Shown here: one piece after another, positions 63,999 through 64,000 of the stretch
Numbering within the stretch: position 1 is the stretch's first letter
Layout of the letters: the number at the start of each line of letters is the position of its first letter
NCBI GenBank assembly: GCA_007376295.1
Contig: VMGB01000001.1
Location: 413,969-477,968, forward strand
Direction of reading: 5' to 3'
Length of the DNA: 64,000 nucleotides
From: Parcubacteria group bacterium Gr01-1014_13
GTDB lineage: Bacteria; Patescibacteriota; Patescibacteriia; Magasanikbacterales; GWA2-37-8
Position numbers and translations under genes: made by a program
The notes under the pieces: generated by a model
What the model was told of the DNA's origin: nothing
Databases searched by the model: none
Seen by the model: only the letters and a program-made list of their open reading frames with translations

Positions 63999-64000
63999 TT

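Noticed and set aside
1-64000. CRISPR arrays, rRNA genes and IS elements with terminal inverted repeats
   Set aside because: No regularly spaced direct repeats, no rRNA-like conserved stretches and no transposase ORFs were seen. The only recombinase is the serine recombinase at 55.2-56.9 kb.

Overview
This is a 64 kb window from an AT-rich bacterial chromosome with high coding density and most genes on the minus strand. It carries a bacterial core gene set (rpoD-dnaG, murG, gatCA, lgt, pgsA, tsaE, cca, pilT, cspA, mgtE and five canonical tRNAs) and short intergenic regions. It also carries recurring strong promoters of the form CCTTGA(C/T)TTTTT with a -10 TATAAT-like box about 17 bp downstream, several apparently giving leaderless mRNAs. 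No CRISPR array or rRNA was seen. Content by position is as follows. (1) At 0.7-14 kb, a cell-surface glycan locus is built around a CDP-3,6-dideoxyhexose pathway (rfbF, rfbG, rfbH). It also holds a YerE-like TPP enzyme and an unusual DmpG/DmpF-like aldolase-dehydrogenase pair. Downstream of those are an SDR reductase, a GT2 polyprenol-phosphate glycosyltransferase, a histidine phosphatase and three tandem divergent Nudix-fold paralogs, and upstream of rfbF an O-antigen-ligase-like TPR protein. (2) At 30-35 kb, a copper homeostasis operon (DUF305, csoR, HMA-permease-cupredoxin fusion, cupredoxin, copA) sits under a promoter containing a CsoR-like palindromic operator. (3) At 40-46 kb, a flavin-based redox module (ApbE flavin transferase, secreted FMN-binding protein) is accompanied by two proteins sharing a paralogous polytopic membrane domain, one fused to an FNR-like reductase and one to a FAD-oxidase plus Rieske domain. 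(4) At 49.5-61 kb, a compositionally heterogeneous accessory island contains a 991-aa N-terminal PHP phosphoesterase fused to a Rad50/SbcC-like ABC ATPase with a long coiled coil, which is a candidate single-gene defence or DNA-processing protein. It also contains a GC-rich structured element, a small PD-(D/E)xK nuclease-like protein, two unknown ORFs, a SpoVG-like protein, an AT-rich inverted-repeat region, and a large serine recombinase whose reading frame runs antisense through a tRNA-Asn gene. Beyond the tRNA lie a high-GC secreted hypothetical protein and a 724-aa protein with a degenerate GGDEF-like palm domain. The island is the best candidate for an undescribed system in this window. 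Other oddities are two aberrant tRNA-like elements at 22.6-22.9 kb (one with a ~55-nt insertion, one with an AAC anticodon), a ~300-nt GC-rich probable ncRNA between gatC and its neighbour, a ~150-nt structured RNA with its own promoter and terminator at 63.3 kb (possibly SRP RNA), a tandem LOG-LOG fusion, tandem zf-HC2 small proteins, and an lgt stop codon overlapping tRNA-Ser. All calls are from reading the sequence and the ORF translations by eye; no database search was possible.
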